Part shown: positions 62,477 through 64,000 of the stretch, piece after piece
Position numbering within the stretch: position 1 is the stretch's first letter
Layout: every line of letters begins with the position of its first letter
Assembly: GCA_029881275.1 (NCBI GenBank)
Contig: JAOUMX010000001.1
Span: 38,949 to 102,948 of the forward strand
Source of the DNA: Gammaproteobacteria bacterium
GTDB taxonomy: Bacteria > Pseudomonadota > Gammaproteobacteria > SZUA-229
Length of the DNA stretch: 64,000 nt
Direction: 5' to 3'
Position numbers and translations under genes: made by a program
The notes under the pieces: generated by a model
What the model was told of the DNA's origin: nothing
Database searches by the model: none
Seen by the model: only the letters and a program-made list of their open reading frames with translations

Positions 62477-64000
62477 ACAGGAAATCGCTCCTAATTCCTG
62501 GTAATTTACTTCTGATTACATATTTATTTATTTCTATTTCACTTGTTGGGATTGTTAGTTACTGGATGCTGGACAATATGGATACAATACACCAGGCTGC
62601 AGATAAAAGTAGTCAGGAAGCAGCCTCTCAGGAAATCCAGCAGGCAATCAATAAAACGGTTCTATCTATTAAAGAACAAATGTTTAAGCTGAAAAACTGG
62701 AATGAAGTATATCAGCAGTTAAGTGATCCAGTTTATTATGATTATTGGCGATCTAATCGTTCCGTTGCTACTGATATACTAAGTAATTATGTAAAAGCAA
62801 TTGAACTATATGATCTGGATGGTTCATCTCTCAATCAAGATGATAGTAATAACGAGTTTCCTGATCAAATATCATCAGAAACAGATGTTCTTAGAGTGCT
62901 TAACAATAGATTATTCTATTTTCAGTTTATGCCACTGCATGATTTGCAGAAAAACGAGCTAAAAGGTTATGCTGGCATGCGTATTGATTTCGCAGAAGCG
63001 TTTATGGCACTTAATAGTTTCCGCTATGTAGATGCTGGATCTGTTGAGTTCCATATAAATAGCAATCTCAAAACAATTGAAGCGCAACTCATGAATGGGG
63101 TTCAGTATAATTTTATTCCTGTACCGATGGCGAATGAGCTGGAACAGGTGATGCTGGCGACATTGTTTCGTATTGTACTTTTACTGATAGTTCTTGGTGT
63201 TATAGCGTATTTAATTGTTTTTTACCTTTTTCAGAAGCCATTGTACAGACTAACAAGGTATATCGATAATTTTAGTACCAGTAATGATTCTAATATTCAG
63301 ATTGATATTAATACATTAGGTTCTGTATTTGTCAAAGAAATGGATATTTTATTTAACTCATTTAAAAACTATCAATATGATCTTGAGAATATGTATTCGA
63401 ACCTGAATAAGAAGAACATAGAATTATGGCGTCTCACACACTATGATTCTCTGACAAGTGTACCTAATCGTAGAGCATATGAAGAAGAATGGAAGCAATT
63501 GATTGGTCTTGTGCAGGGTCAATCGATCAGTTTGTCCGTAATGTTATTTGATTGTGATCATTTTAAAGCTATTAATGATACTTATGGTCATGCTACAGGT
63601 GATAGTGTGATTCGTGCTGTTTCCTCTTGTTTGCAGTCCTGCTTGCGTAAAAATGACCGGCTTTATCGTCTTGGTGGTAATGAATTTGCCATACACATGA
63701 TTAATACAGAACCTGATGAAGCTTTAAAAATTGCTAAAGCCTGTCAACAATGTATTAATGAATATCCATTTAAGAGTTTTAAAATAAAAGAACCCATTAG
63801 ATTTAGTATTGGCCTGGCACATGCGCTAGGTACACAGTTTGAATTGCTGACTAATTTGCATAAGCTCGCCGATATTGCTATGTATCATGCCAAAGGTCCC
63901 GGTTCTGACAAAATTATCTTCTACAAGGCTGGTATGGAAACTGGTGCAGGTTCAATTATATCAAGTCGTTACCTACATGCCGTTTATGATGCTATAGAGA
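62473..64000 (+). CDS. Membrane-anchored sensor with degenerate GGDEF domain (GGNEF); 3' end outside the window
   Basis: Own translation from ATG 62473 (ATGA overlap with the hydrolase stop). TM helix, about 200-aa periplasmic region, second TM, then 'LFDCDHFKAINDTYGHATGD' and 'RLGGNEFAIH'. Frame is open to the window end. Confidence 0.7.
   Translation, partial: MNRKSLLIPGNLLLITYLFISISLVGIVSYWMLDNMDTIHQAADKSSQEAASQEIQQAINKTVLSIKEQMFKLKNWNEVYQQLSDPVYYDYWRSNRSVATDILSNYVKAIELYDLDGSSLNQDDSNNEFPDQISSETDVLRVLNNRLFYFQFMPLHDLQKNELKGYAGMRIDFAEAFMALNSFRYVDAGSVEFHINSNLKTIEAQLMNGVQYNFIPVPMANELEQVMLATLFRIVLLLIVLGVIAYLIVFYLFQKPLYRLTRYIDNFSTSNDSNIQIDINTLGSVFVKEMDILFNSFKNYQYDLENMYSNLNKKNIELWRLTHYDSLTSVPNRRAYEEEWKQLIGLVQGQSISLSVMLFDCDHFKAINDTYGHATGDSVIRAVSSCLQSCLRKNDRLYRLGGNEFAIHMINTEPDEALKIAKACQQCINEYPFKSFKIKEPIRFSIGLAHALGTQFELLTNLHKLADIAMYHAKGPGSDKIIFYKAGMETGAGSIISSRYLHAVYDAIE

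Overview
This 64-kb window is a low-GC (about 40%) gammaproteobacterial chromosome segment made up almost entirely of densely packed housekeeping operons. I found no transposase, integrase, CRISPR array, tRNA or rRNA. Three synteny blocks match known gammaproteobacterial layouts. Block 1 (1-18750): sdhB(3' end)-sdhE-ygfX-DUF1249, then gyrA-serC-serA-pheA-hisC-tyrA-[REC/CheC-like + PAS-GGDEF insert]-aroA-cmk-rpsA-ihfB-lapA-lapB-pyrF-comEA. Block 2 (28715-38605): pyrG-kdsA-eno-ftsB-ispD-ispF-yqiA-nagZ-mscS-dsrE-like-hpt-mtnP. Block 3 (44818-57538): hflD-mnmA-nudJ on the minus strand, then DUF2062/comEC-exbB-exbD-msbA-lpxK-ycaR-kdsB-rlmL. Between them lie less standard genes: a thiopurine methyltransferase (tpm); a Lon-like protease with non-canonical Walker motifs divergent from a 980-aa PreP-like M16C peptidase; a DUF503-sixA pair; a periplasmic double-thioredoxin protein; zapE; an ICMT-family membrane methyltransferase followed by an LPS/Kdo-kinase-like kinase; three GGDEF proteins (one with a degenerate GGNEF site); a DsrC/TusE-like protein lacking the terminal cysteine, downstream of a 36-bp palindrome; an orphan ModA-family periplasmic binding protein next to a sensor histidine kinase with no response regulator; and rsd, msrA and a cytoplasmic multi-PAS hybrid kinase overlapping a secreted hydrolase and a GGDEF sensor. 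The best candidates for undescribed biology are the ModA-like binding protein + sensor kinase pair, the REC-CheC-like/PAS-GGDEF cassette inserted inside the aromatic amino-acid operon, the Lon-like/PreP divergent pair, and the membrane methyltransferase-kinase pair. All functional calls rest on motif and architecture recognition by eye; no database search was run. The ORF track counts TTG and GTG as Met, so several true starts are uncertain.
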